Shown one piece after another: positions 1 to 11,713 of a stretch of 64,000 nt of DNA. Made by a program: the position numbers and the translations under genes. The DNA comes from Camelus ferus (taxonomy: Eukaryota), in assembly GCF_009834535.1 (NCBI RefSeq), contig NC_045697.1, positions 69,442,001-69,506,000 on the forward strand. Reading direction: 5' to 3'. The notes below the pieces were generated by a model. That model did no database searches. It was not told the origin of the DNA and saw nothing but the letters and a program-made list of their open reading frames with translations. How positions within the stretch are numbered: the stretch's first letter is position 1; each line of letters opens with the position of its first letter.

Positions 1-105
1 TCAGAAAGTCCTTCCTGCACCAGCAGTATCTCAGATTCCCTCAGCTTGAAATATTCAATATGCCAAGGTGCCATATTTTGGGATGTTATATCCCAAACCT
101 CATCA
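1..105 (-). mobile_element. ERV1 LTR 5' end, MER34/MER39-like (continues beyond window start)
   Basis: Reverse complement begins TGATGAGGTTTGGGATATAACATCCCAAAATATGGCACCTTGGCATATTGAATATTTCAAGCTGA, resembling MER34-group LTR starts. Confidence 0.6.
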
Positions 106-114
106 ATGGGAAGG

Positions 115-311
115 TGGAGTCCAGAGCCAGGCTGGCTGGGTTTGAACCCCTGCTTCATCTCTCGTTAGTTGTGTGCCTCTGGGAAAGTATTGACCTTTTT
201 GTGCCTCAGTTTTTCTCATCTGTAAAATGGGGTTAATAATACTTATATACACAACTGTATCAGGATCAAATGAGTTAATACATGAATATGTGCTGTTATT
301 ATCACCAGGCA
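115..311 (+). mobile_element. MIR SINE
   Basis: Core motif GTGCCTCAGTTTTTCTCATCTGTAAAATGGGGTTAATAAT and ATGAGTTAATACATG. Confidence 0.75.
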
Positions 312-327
312 ACTTTGGATTAAAACC

Positions 328-496
328 TTTTTTCTTTTTTTTTTTTTTTTTTTTTTACTTTTTTTAGGGGGGAAGGGGAGGTAATTAGGTTCATTTTTAT
401 TTATTTATTTATTTTTTAATGGAGGTCCTGGGAATTGAACCCAGGACCTCGTGCATGCTAAACACATGCTCTACCACTGAGCTACAACCTCCCCCA
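328..496 (-). mobile_element. Camelid tRNA-Ala-derived SINE (Vic-1-like)
   Basis: tRNA-like head with A/B boxes, (AAAT)n-CCTAATTACCTCCCC tail, poly(A); TSD ACCAGGCAACTT at 304-315 and 497-508. Confidence 0.9.
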
Positions 497-559
497 ACCA
501 GGCAACTTGAGATGGACATTTAGGTATGAGTAAAATTCTGCGGTGGGGGAGGTGTGTCA

Positions 560-830
560 GTGGCTGAAGCAGTATTCAAGAAGGATAAGTATGGGAAAGT
601 GGAGGGTGCTCAGAAAACTACTGGTTTTCCAGTTTGGCTGAGGCAGAGGGTATACATTAGGAACAAAAGACACAGAAGTTAGAGTGTTTGGTGAGTATTA
701 TATAAGATGCTCAGGTGGGGAATGTCTACTTGATTCCAAGGAGGCTATAAGAATGTCTGAAAGTTTTTGAGTGGGAATATAATAAGACTAGGGTTGTATG
801 TGGGGAAAAGTAATCTGGCAGTCACATATT
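560..830 (-). mobile_element. L2 LINE fragment (degenerate)
   Basis: Purine-rich, L2-like antisense motifs (CCAGTTTGGCTGAGGCAGAGGG, GAAAGTTTTTGAG, GAAAAGTAATCTGGCAG). Confidence 0.45.
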
Positions 831-1619
831 ACAAATTATTGTGGGAAAGACTGACTTTGCACTCACTGAGAAACCTTCTTGCTAGAAATTTTTTTCCTTT
901 GTAGACTCTCATACTGGTAAGCAAGTACCTTGAGCAGCTGACAAAATATGCTGGTCTATTTGGCAGTCGTATTTCTCAGAGTAAATTAAATCTATGGTTC
1001 ATAAATCAGTCCATTTGGGTATCCATCAATTGACTTGCTTACTACTTTAAAATGCATTTCCTTCTAGATGGATCTAAGAACACTTACAAACATGTGCAAA
1101 TATAGCAGTTAAATAAATCAGAATAATCAGAAAGGAAAATCAAAAACCATATAGGGGAAATGGGAAAGCAATTATCTGGGATCAGGATCAAGAATAAGAT
1201 GGTAAATTCAACTTAGCGTTACATTAGCTCCAGCTTCCTAAAAGCCCAGGCATAAAGGGAATCTGAATTGTGCAGTTCTTAGTGCCCAATAAAAGAAAAT
1301 TTATTAGTTTTTAGGTAAGATGAGCTTTTTCTTCCTGGAGTCTAATAGAAAATTAGCATATTTTTCTAGTGAAGTCCAGTTTTCAGACAATGAAAAATCA
1401 ATCTTCACATAATCATTTCTAATGACCCCCTGGCACGAGCAGTCCTTCAGAGCCTTACAATTCCTCTGAGTTGGTAGAGAATATTTTCTGAACTGATGAA
1501 ATCAAAGACTTGAAGAGAAGTATCCTGGGTGTGTGTCATATACATAAAGGGTAGAGTAGCAAGGGGAAGGCTATGTTTTATCTGTCACACAGGATGAAGT
1601 CCAGGACGTGTTCTCACCA

Positions 1620-2625
1620 CAGAAATACTATTAACGTATAAGAAAGTACAGAAAATAATGGTGAGTATCCATGCTTCCACTACCAATATTTAGCAAGTGT
1701 TTCTAAATTTTCATATTTGAATCTTTTTTTCTAAGAAATTAAGTTTTAGAGAGAGTTGAAGCCTCTTTTTCTTCCTATCTGATTCCAGCTGGCTCCTTGC
1801 TTCATAGAGTCAACCAGTATCTTGAAGCTGGTGTGTATCTTTTCTATCTGCATCTTTCTAGTTTTACTACAGAGGTACATACACAGAAACAATATATAAT
1901 ATTGATTGGTATCAAACTGTAGGAATTAATTCTGCAACATTTTTATCCATTATTATGTGTTTGACATTTAGTCATCAACATCTAAATGTAGATGTAGTCC
2001 ATTCAGTATTCTACTGTGGGGAAAAAAACCCCATATACACAATTTTGATACTCAATGAACATATGAGTTTCAATTTTCATTATTATAAATAATGCTGCAC
2101 TAAACAACCTTATACATATCTCCTTGAGCACCTTTGCAAGTTTCTCTTGGCAATATACTTAAAAATGGAATTGCTGGATCAGGAGTCATGAATATCTTAA
2201 ATTGTTTTAGGTAGTGTCAAATTGTTCTCTGAAGTTACAGAACTGATTTATATCACCACCAGCAGAATATCAGAGAATACCCAGTACTTGATATTGCCAT
2301 ATTTTTTTTCTTTAATAAAAATGATGTGTGAAATAGTAGCTCACGGTTTTGATTTCCAAGATTGTTGGTAAAGAATTTTATCTTTTCAAATGTTTTTTGA
2401 CCCTTAAGGTATGCTCTTCTGTGAATTGCCTTAACAAATCCTTCACCCTTTTTTATAACTGGTCACTTTTTATCCCCTACTGATTTGTAGGAGTACCATA
2501 TATGGTCTTATAATCTATATTTGAATTATGTAAGTTTTAAATATGCTCTCCTGTTTGTGACTTATTTTCAGAAATATTGGTGGTATCTTTAGTCTATAGA
2601 AGTTTTAAATGATATAATCCTGAAA
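1620..2625 (-). mobile_element. Old L1M LINE 3' fragment
   Basis: Antisense L1 motifs: TATAAATAATGCTGC, ATGGAATTGCTGGATC, TCTTCTGTGAATTGCC, GAAGTTTTAAAT. Confidence 0.65.
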
Positions 2626-3239
2626 TTTAATCTAAGACAAAACTCACCCAAATGATGCATATTTCCCACTCTTCTTAGATAAACACAATCCTCCTTTTGC
2701 TAATGTCATTACTCTTGAGACAATAAAGTTTGGGATGAGGCATGAGATGGGCCAAAGGAAATAAACAAACCTTCAGGGCAATCTACACACAGCAGTGGTG
2801 GGGGTGGGGGCTGGGGGGTTCCTGGGGGGCTACCACATCCGGGGATCTGAAGTTCTTTCTCATCAGCATGAAAAGAAATTGCTGAAAAATACAGTCTTGG
2901 GCCCCGAAGAAGACCTGAAACCTTTTTTCAAATTATATTATGCTTTAGAGAACACAGGAAAAGAAGTTGGGGTTTTTTGGAAGCTTATGGCCCAGATTAG
3001 AAGGACATAAATTTCATTTTCCAGTAAGCTTGCATTTACCTTTCCTCAATAACAGGATGTGCACAGGGCAAGGTGTGTTTACACGCGCTTGTGACAGTGC
3101 CCTGGCTCCCTTCCACTTCCTTTGACTAACATCCCTGAAGTCACTCCTCCAAAACACTTGCCGTCTCTTTCCAACAATTATCACTTAGATATCTGACAGA
3201 AAAGAAAAAAAAAAAAGACCTAAAAAAAATGACAAAATT

Positions 3240-4960
3240 CCCAGGGAAAGATTTAGCAAGAAACATCCAGACTCACTTTATTGAGAATCATACAAGATTT
3301 TAATTATTGGAGAGAAATCTGAGTTCCTGCATAAGGACGGTCATTACTGTTGTCCCCAAATTAATATATACAATTAACATAATTATCAATAAAAGTTCAT
3401 CTGAAAAATGAACTAGTAAGAATAGCGAAAAAACTTCTAAAAACAAGAGTAATAAATTATAACTGCCTGGCCAGATCTTTAAATGTGCAAAACTGGTGCC
3501 AAAATGCAAAGTCAAAAGCATGTAAAAAAAATTAAATAATGAATGTGACTTTTAAAATTAGTTCAAAAGGGATGGGTAATTCAATATATGATGTGAATAA
3601 CCATTTAACCAATATAAAGTTAGATTACTACCTCATACCATATTCCAGAATAAATTCCAGATGAATTAAAGGGTTAATTAGTTTAAAAAATGAAGGCATA
3701 AAATTATCAAAAGAACATAGAGTTGGATATTTATCTATCCCTGAGAGTGCAAATGGCTTTCTAAGAAAATCCAGAGAACATAACAGAAAAAAACCAGTAG
3801 AAATGATCATAAAATTCCTTCATGGTCATAATAATGATACCAGTGATAAAGTTGAAAGAAAATTATAATCTTATCTTTATCTTTAATATGCAAATAAGTA
3901 TTCTGTCTAAAAGGATGCATTCTGAAGGTCGACAGAGTTGTGATGTAGGGGAGGAGGGGGAAAACATTCACTTTTTACTTTGTACATTTTAAAAAAGAAG
4001 ATGGGGTGGGATAATGGGCCATTTTTACTTTTCTTTCTCTGTATTTTCTAGGTTTCAATTTTCAATAATAAACACATACTACTAATTTGCTTATCAGGAA
4101 AAACACCCATCTTTTTAAAGCAAACTCAAAGCTTTAAAGTAGGCTAAAGGCTGCAGTAACTATAAGAAGAAAACACTCTTAAAAATCAATTTTAAAAAGC
4201 CTGTCATCCCAGTTGAAAAATAGGCAAAGGACATGAGTATAAAATAACAGTTCATAAAGGAAGTAAAAATGGCCAACAGGCATAATAAAATATATTTAAT
4301 TTTACTATCAATCAAGGAAATATAAATTAATAATCTTGACATCTCACACTGGTCTATGAAATTGGCAAAGATTAAAGAGAAGGAGAATATTCAGAGCTGG
4401 TAAGGGTTTGAGGAAACACACTTGCAAGCATTGCTAGTGGAAACATAATTTGGACAATGCTTCCAAAGGGCAATTTGGTGAATATATCAAAAGTCTTAAA
4501 ATGTGCTACACAAATTTTATCTTCAATTTTTCTGAAGAAGATAATCAAACAAGTGCACAAAGACCTTCAAGTATTGCTTGTAAGAGTGAAAACTGGAAAC
4601 TGTTTAAATAACCATCAATAGGGGAGAGGTTAAGTAAATAACAGCAAATCTACAAAAGCAGAATACTAATCAATCCTTAAATAGCAATGTAAGTCTATAT
4701 TTATTCACATGGAAAGATGGCCACAAAATAGTACAAGATGTAGGTTATGAGACAGATCACAATTTTTAAAGTGTGCATGTGTCTGCTCATGTGTGCAAAA
4801 GCAGAGAAAAACCTCTGGAAAGAAATGCCCGCTTCCCTGCAATTTTTAAAGTAGTTCTGTTTAGATGGTGGGATTATAGGTGACCTTGCAGCTTTTCTTT
4901 CTGAAATTTCCTTTGACTTTTTTTTTTTTTGTAAGCTATATATTAGTTTAGTTAATACTC
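3240..4960 (+). mobile_element. Old L1M (L1ME-like) ORF2/3'UTR fragments, interrupted
   Basis: CTACCTCATACCATATTCCAGAATAAATTCCAGATGAATTAAAG; GAAAAATAGGCAAAGGACATGA; GGGCAATTTGG; CCATCAATAGGGGA. Confidence 0.6.
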
Positions 4961-5132
4961 AGAAAAAAGTAATGCTTAAACAACCAACCAAACAAACAAA
5001 AAAACCTACCATCTGTGATGTACATCTTACCCTCTGGGGTGTCCCAGATTCTACTCGTTTGCCACACAAATGTCTAACTGCTAGTCATTATAGGTTCTTA
5101 TCCAAAACAGACCTGTGATAGAATTCAAGCCC

Positions 5133-6193
5133 CAGAGGAATCATGCTCCCTGACTTCAGACTATACTACAAAGCTACAGTAATCAAAACAGTATGGTACC
5201 GGCAGAAAAACAGACACATAGATCAATGGAACAGGATAGAAAGTCCAGAAATAAATCCATGCACTATGGTCAATTAATCTACCAAAGGAGACAAGAATAT
5301 ACAATGGAGAAAAGACAGTCTCTTCAATATGAGGTGCTGGGAAAACTGGACAGCTACCTGTAAAAGACTGAAACTAGAACATTCTCTAACACCATATACA
5401 AAGATAAACTCAAAATGGATTAAAGACTTAAATGTAAGACCAGATATTATAAAACTCATAGAGGAAAACATAAGCAGAGCACTCTGGGACATAAATCACA
5501 GCAACATATTTTTTGAACCAGCTCCTGGAGTAATGGAAATAAAAGCAAAGATAAACAAATGGTATCTAATTAAACTCAAAAGCCTTTGCAAAGCTAGGGA
5601 TACCATCAACAAAACAAAAAGACAACTTCCAGAATGGAGAAAATATTTGCAAATGATGCAACTGACAAGGGACTCATTTCCAAAATATACAAACAGCTCA
5701 TACACCTCAACATTAAAAAAAAAAAAAAAAAAGCAACCTAATCAAAAAATGGGCAAAAGACATCTCTCCAAAGAAGACATACAGATGGCCAACAAGCAAA
5801 GAAAAGACACTCAGCATCACTATTGTCAGAGAAATGCAAATCAAAACTACAATGAGATATCACCTCACACCCGTCAGAACGGCCATCATTAAAAAGTCTA
5901 CAAACTATAAATGCTGGAGAAGTTGTGGAGAAAAAGGAGCCTTCCTAAACTGTTGGTGGGAATGTAAATTGGTGCAGTCACTATGAAGGACAGTATGGAG
6001 GTTCCTTAAAAAATTAAAAATAGACTTACAATGTGATCCAGCAATCTCATTCCTGAGTGTACATCCGTAGAAAAATAGAATTTGAAAAGACACATGCACC
6101 CCAATGTTCACAGAAACACTATTTACAATAGCCAAGACATGGAAACAATCCAAATGTCCATTGACAGATGACTGGATAAAGAAGATGTGGTAA

Positions 6194-6230
<37 letters not shown>

Positions 6231-6339
6231 TGTGTGTGTACACAATAGAATACTACTCAGCCATAAAAAATAAAATGCCATTTGCAGCAACATGGATGGA
6301 CCTGGAGATTGTCATTCTAAGTGAAGTAAGCCGGAAAGA
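5133..6339 (+). mobile_element. Artiodactyl/camelid L1 ORF2 C-terminal fragment (frameshifted, no 3'UTR)
   Basis: ORF 5329-5892 ([35 protein letters not shown]) and 6230-6424 (EYYSAIK..MPFAATWMDLE) match L1 ORF2p. Confidence 0.93.
6195..6242. repeat. (CA)n/(TG)n microsatellite inside L1
   Basis: Directly visible. Confidence 0.95.
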
Positions 6340-6340
6340 A

Positions 6341-6530
6341 AATCCCATTAGCTTTCAGAGCAGTGATGACATTACATGTCTTGCAACCTCTAGAAAACTC
6401 CACAGTACACTTGAGAATGCATGAGAATGTAAAACGCAAATAAAGTCCTAGTAGTATTACGAAAAAAAATAGCTTGACCTCTAGACCCCGGAAAGGTCTC
6501 TGGGACTTCAGTGGTCCCCAGAACCACTAA
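6341..6530 (-). mobile_element. hAT-Charlie DNA transposon end (Charlie1/MER119-like)
   Basis: CTCTAGAAAACTCCACAGTACAC...AATAGCTTGACCTC..GACCCCGGAAAGGTCTC...GGTCCCCAGAACCAC resembles the reverse complement of the Charlie1-type terminus. Confidence 0.65.
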
Positions 6531-7511
6531 TTTAAGAGTAATGTGAATTGTCTAATATTGCAACACCACCCCTGCTCGTCGTGTGCCACTGTCACAAATT
6601 CTGTGCTACTCTGTAAATACCTTCGCATCCCTGAATTAGAATCTGAAGAAAAGCAAGAAAATGGGCACTTGCCATTACTACTAAATAATCCTTCATTACA
6701 CAAGAATCTATTGCACTAGAGCTATCTAATAGAAGACTCTGACAGGTTCATCTGTCTTTTCTTACTAAGTACTTCCTCCACTTGCCCCAAGACCCTGAAG
6801 AGTCTAAGTCCTAGAGCTGAGCCAGCTCTCATTGTCACATTCAGAGCGACTTTCTGGGTCTTCTTAGCCCTGGCCAATGACTTTTCAGTAGCATCTAACT
6901 GGGAACTAAGTTCTATTTAGGAATTCCCCTTCCTCAGGGTTTTTCTACCTCCTCTTTCTGATGGCTACCATGAACTCCCAGGGGCTTATACAAAGTACTG
7001 AGTGGGATCATTAGGGAAGGAAAGTGGGTCCACTTTGGGCTCCTTCTATAGCAGCTCCCCCTCCTCAGGTAACCTAGGTCAGTCTAGTTCTTGGCACATC
7101 ACCCAAGGGTCTCTCTCCTGGAAACGGTGAGAGCCCATCTACACATGGGTCCCCATCCTGCTGCCACTCAGCACCTCGGGGCTGGAGATGCCGCCAAGAC
7201 TGCAGCAGTGACCTTCGCCCATCACTGGCAGAGGCCTCCTACCCCTCCTTCTGCCGGTCCTTCACTTGCACTGGAGCGGACATGCTCCCTCTCTTTCTCT
7301 CAGTTAACTTCTTTACCTGCGAATCTTCTGGATCCCCTTCCAACCCCACTTCAGAAACTTGGGGCCAGTCTATGGCTTTCTCCTGCTTAGATTTTCCATG
7401 TCGTTGTCCTGTTGGCCCTCTCCATACAGACGTCAAAACTCCAAATGAAGGATGGGGCATGAGTTGTCTCTACTCTTGGATCCCCCAAGCATCAGGGAAC
7501 AACCGGTCATG

Positions 7512-7640
7512 GTTGGGTATAGCTCAGTGGTAGAGCACGTGCCTAGTTTGCATGAGGTCCTGGGTTCAATCCCCAGTACCTCCACTAAAATAAATAAATA
7601 AATAAACCTAATTACCCCCACCCCAAACAAAACCAAACAA
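7512..7640 (+). mobile_element. Camelid tRNA-Ala-derived SINE (Vic-1-like)
   Basis: GGGTATAGCTCAGTGGTAGAGC...GGTTCAATCCCCAGTACCTCCA + AAATAAACCTAATTACCCCC tail; degenerate TSD AACAANNNGTCATG. Confidence 0.92.
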
Positions 7641-8899
7641 ACAATTTGTCATGTCACCCTCTGTACAGGGTTTATTTCAGAGTATGGGGCACATTACAAG
7701 GACTTCATGCTACCTTTTATAGTTTTCCTCAACTGCAAACCCTTCACCCTCTCTGAGGCTCAAAGCTCTTTATCGGGGTTAGTGGCAGGGCCAATATTCT
7801 ACTTACACCTGCTTTGTGAATCTCTCCAGTGTCACAGCAGAGCCCTCAATGTTTGCCCTAAAAGGCTAAAGTTGCTTTTCTCTTTGCCTCTCTACTGTGT
7901 TTCTTGCAAGTCCCCGGTGGAGCAAATGTAAGCCCCACGTTTCTGAGTCTGATGGGAGAGTGGTCCAGGAACTAAGATTGAATTCCTCATTATTATTCTG
8001 CTGCCTATACCTTACACGCTAGATTTTGCTAGTGTTAAGTGTTCAAATAATTACTGCTTATTCACGAAGTAGATCAACAAAGGATCTTTTTAAAGGACCC
8101 TCTGTGGTTTGGGGGTACAGTCGTTGAGGTCAAGTATTCTGCCTCCACACTGAAGCAGGACCCACACTTACAGTGCTGGATGCGGCCCCAGGGGCGGGAC
8201 TGTGGGGTTTGTTGCTTTAAGAAGCCCCACCATGGCTAAGTTGACCAGCCACCCAGTCTCTCTTCCATCACCTCAGGTCTTCCCACAGGCCTTCCGACTT
8301 CTTGTCCTAGGCACCTTGCAATTACTCCCTGCCGAGCTTAGCCACTTTCCCCAAGGCTTTTTCAAAGGACCTCTTCTGTGCGCATCCTCCCAGCTTTTCA
8401 CACTGAGGATCAGGAAGGGAGGAATGACAATAAAAGAAATCCCAACTGGAGAAAGGTTTGCTTTGGCAGCTGCTGGATTGTTCTGTAGATGGGGAGGCGC
8501 CTGCTGCAATCTCTGCAGCTCCCTCGCTCTCACAGCTCATTACAGATGTTTTCTTTCGGTCTGGTGCCCTTTTGTCCCGCCTGGGCCTCTGAGCCCCGAC
8601 TTCTAGCAGGCTTATGTAAATGTCCGCAAGGCCTCCGCTGCTCCTGCCTCCGCTGATTCCTTTATCTGATGCCAACACGCCATTCTCCACATCTTGCTCT
8701 GAGTCACACTCAGGAGGGGAGAGGCTCAAGCACTCAGAAGGTGGGGCCCTTTGCTCTTCAGTTATGTGATTTATGTTCCATTGCTCTTAGCGCAATGGAA
8801 CAACCCTCTACCAGCAAGCCTGCCCCATCGTGTGTTTCCTCAAGGAACCACTTGTGGGCCTCCACCGAAATCCTGAACTTCAACAAGAGTATTATTATT

Positions 8900-9040
8900 A
8901 TTTGGGGTTCATTTTTTGTTTTGTGGGAGGAGGTAATTAGGTTTCTTTCTTTATTTATTTAATGGCAGTACTGAAGATTGAACCCAGGACCTCGTGCATG
9001 CTAAGCACACACTCTACCACTGAGCTAGACCTCCCCCACT
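8900..9040 (-). mobile_element. Camelid tRNA-Ala-derived SINE (Vic-1-like)
   Basis: Same head and tail; TSD AGAGTATTATTATT at 8886-8899 and 9041-9054. Confidence 0.92.
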
Positions 9041-9894
9041 AGAGTATTATTATTTCTTTGTGCAGGGCTTGAAATTTTTTCTAAAGCATCCTGCAAACCA
9101 AACCAATCACTGAATTCACCCCACTGATCACCAATTTAGGACCACTAACTGATTTGCCTGAACAAGGAATTTTTGACCCTCTTGAAATACTTTTGACCTT
9201 CTCTTGCAGTGTTGGTTTACACAAAATGCTTTTGAAAAGCTCGAACCATAAAGCCCAGAAAACGACCCGCACAGCCCAGGAGATACGTGCTGGCATCCAT
9301 TCCATCCGTGGGGGCGGCTGTCCTTCAGGTTCACTTGGGAGATCTGGCCAAGTATTGAGTCCTTCTCTTGAGGAAATGGGGCCCACACAACTTCCTGATC
9401 TCCCTGCAGACCATGCAGCAGACGGCTGGCCAGGTGGCCTTTTGCTGTCCCTAGCACGCAGTGGGTTCATCCATTAGGGACGTGAAAACGCAGGCACCCT
9501 TTGTTCTTTGTGCTTCTGTCCAGAGGCTGCTTCCCCTCCCAGAGGGCTCCCTAGGCCTGCCTTCAGGGGCTGCTGCCTCTCCCTTTCCCCACTGGCCCCC
9601 TCGCACCAGGAAAGGTCAGAGCAGCTGGACAAACACAACGTGCCCAAGTTAAAGTAACAAAGACCCTTTCTAGGGCCTTGCTCGAGCTTACTGATGATAA
9701 GAGACTGTTTCCTAAAAGAAAACAGTCCCTCGGAACCTAAGCCACCTGCTCAAAAGCACCTCCTGCCTGTCTGATGTAATCTGAGAACAAAACCTGGAAC
9801 TGAGTGCCCTGTGGATTGCTTTGAACTGGTTAGGAAGTAAGTTGTTCTAGTATTCTTTTCTGTTTGCACTGAGCTAACTCAAAAATAGAGCAAC

Positions 9895-10085
9895 AGGTGA
9901 CCCACGTGGAGTTCTGCCCACGCAGATTACGTCAAGACGCGAAAAGGGTGATTTCCAAGAGCCTCAATCTGTCCGTGTGTGAATATGTGTGGGGAAAAAA
10001 CCACACTGGGAATATGGTGACAGGGTGAAAATTGTACTCACCAAACTTGTCTCGGAGAAGGAAAGTGCTGTATGTGGTTCAAAGG
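9895..10085. promoter_or_regulatory. Candidate enhancer: E-box, CRE/bZIP, kB-like and RUNX motifs
   Basis: CACGTG 9903-9908, TTACGTCA 9927-9934, GGGTGATTTCC 9946-9956, AACCACA 9999-10005, TGTGGTT 10073-10079, in non-repeat, locally CpG-retaining DNA. Confidence 0.4.
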
Positions 10086-11713
10086 CATAAAGTTCTCATA
10101 TAGCCACCTGGGCTGGGAATGAGAACCTCTACGAGGCATCCTTGAATAAAAACAGTCGGCCAACTAACTACTTCTAAGAAACTAACTAACTAACTAACTG
10201 TCTAACTTTCTAACCAACTGTCTTCTAAGGAAGACAAGCGCAATTAATTACTAAGTTCTTGTCTTCCCTGGTGGAATGTGGCCAGAGCAGAACTGCTGGG
10301 TCAACAGAGGAGAGGCTGAGTCCTGCAGCCCGTGTCCTCCTTCTCTGCCAGAGCTTCTGGCATCTCCCTCAACCAGTGAACTGAAAAGTCTAGAGTATGT
10401 TTGAAATATTAGTTGAAGGAGTGCCAAAACGTTAGCTTGCCAAGAAACCCACACATTTGGCTAAGACCCTGGACCTTAGGAGTTTGCCATCTTGGAACTT
10501 CGACTGGTTCATCCTGGGGAGATAGCATTGTTCATCTGGACAGTTTTTCAACTAGGTGATTCGAGTGTCCTGGTTCCAGACCTTCCTCTTGGGGAGTGGG
10601 TGTAAGTGGGGAGATCTCAAGGCAAATCTCTACTTTAGAGTTAAAAAGAGGAAGCAGGACACCTGTGCAGTCACTTCGCCAATTTTCACTGGGCAATGAG
10701 AGTAAGGTTACTCAACTCCCAAGTTCTCTTACCCTAGGTATCAGCTCTTTCCAGCCAAGACCCACCTGAGAAGAGTTGGCTCCACACAGAGTCTCTGGGC
10801 ACCACCCCTGAAGTCCCCAGTAGGAATTAGGAAGGCAGATAGCTATGGGTAAAGAGATGAGTTGGAGGAAAACAGGCCTAGGGAATGAAATCCTTTCTCA
10901 AAGATGCTGGCAAGGTATATGGGCCATGGGTAAGGCATCCTGTTGAGAGCCTAAATGTGACCAACCTCCCTTGTGCCCAGTTATTTCCTTGAGGTCCCTT
11001 GACCTACAACATAGCCCCCAAACCTACAAAATCTGTCTTTACAACAAATTCAATTCAGAATGCATGAACTCTGCCCCATGGCATTTGCCATTCCTACGCC
11101 CGAGCACCTAGCACTGCAGCTGTCATTCATTATTTGTATATCTGTCCTATCTAGTAACATAGATGTGTCATTTGTTTGCTCTCTCTCCCCAGGAAAAGAT
11201 AATCTCCTTCTGAAAGCGCAGGCTCAGAGCTGAGCTCCATGCACAATGACAGTGAGGGCTAGAAGCTTATGTTCACCACAAACATGGCCTGGCAGTCCTG
11301 GCCTCCCAACAGCCAGCTCCAGGGCCCCTCTACACTGAGGGGTCCTCTTGGACTGTGTTCAAAATTTTCACTATGATGAAAAGCCAACTTATTGTATTAC
11401 AGTTGGCCTTTGTTTAGGCCAAGTAAAAGACACTTTGCCAAAATTAAAATGGAAAATTTGGAGTCAATTTTAAATATTGTTTAAATGAGGGAGTATTACA
11501 TGTGCATATGTGAGTGTATGTGTGTGTGCGTGGTCCTCAGTTAGTGTCACCAGTTGCTCAGATGTTCTTGAACACCAGATAAATATAAAAGAAAGTATCT
11601 TGATTTGGTCTGCATATAGCGTTGGGATTGTTCAGTCTGGAGAAGTGAAGTCTGAGGGGCAATAGCCTAAAGAAAGTCACTATGAAGAATTAAATTTTTT
11701 TAAAAAGCTTAAA

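Noticed and set aside
1370..1390. GTCCAGTTTTC (miR-145-like start); also AAGATGCTGGCA near 10901 (miR-31-like)
   Set aside because: Only 11-12 nt matches and no complementary hairpin arm
5329..5892. 187-aa ORF and similar ORFs at 11.7-12.8, 25.6-26.8 and 59.8 kb
   Set aside because: Frameshifted L1 ORF2 remnants or their antisense frames
7512..7585. tRNA-Ala-like sequences (also near 420-495, 8965-9037, 46180-46255, 52785-52859, 62238-62315)
   Set aside because: Each is followed by the SINE tail and usually TSDs, with mutated stems; these are SINE heads, not tRNA genes
8202..9477. Overlapping 107-135 aa ORFs on both strands
   Set aside because: No recognisable domain, mostly non-ATG starts, expected by chance in GC-rich DNA
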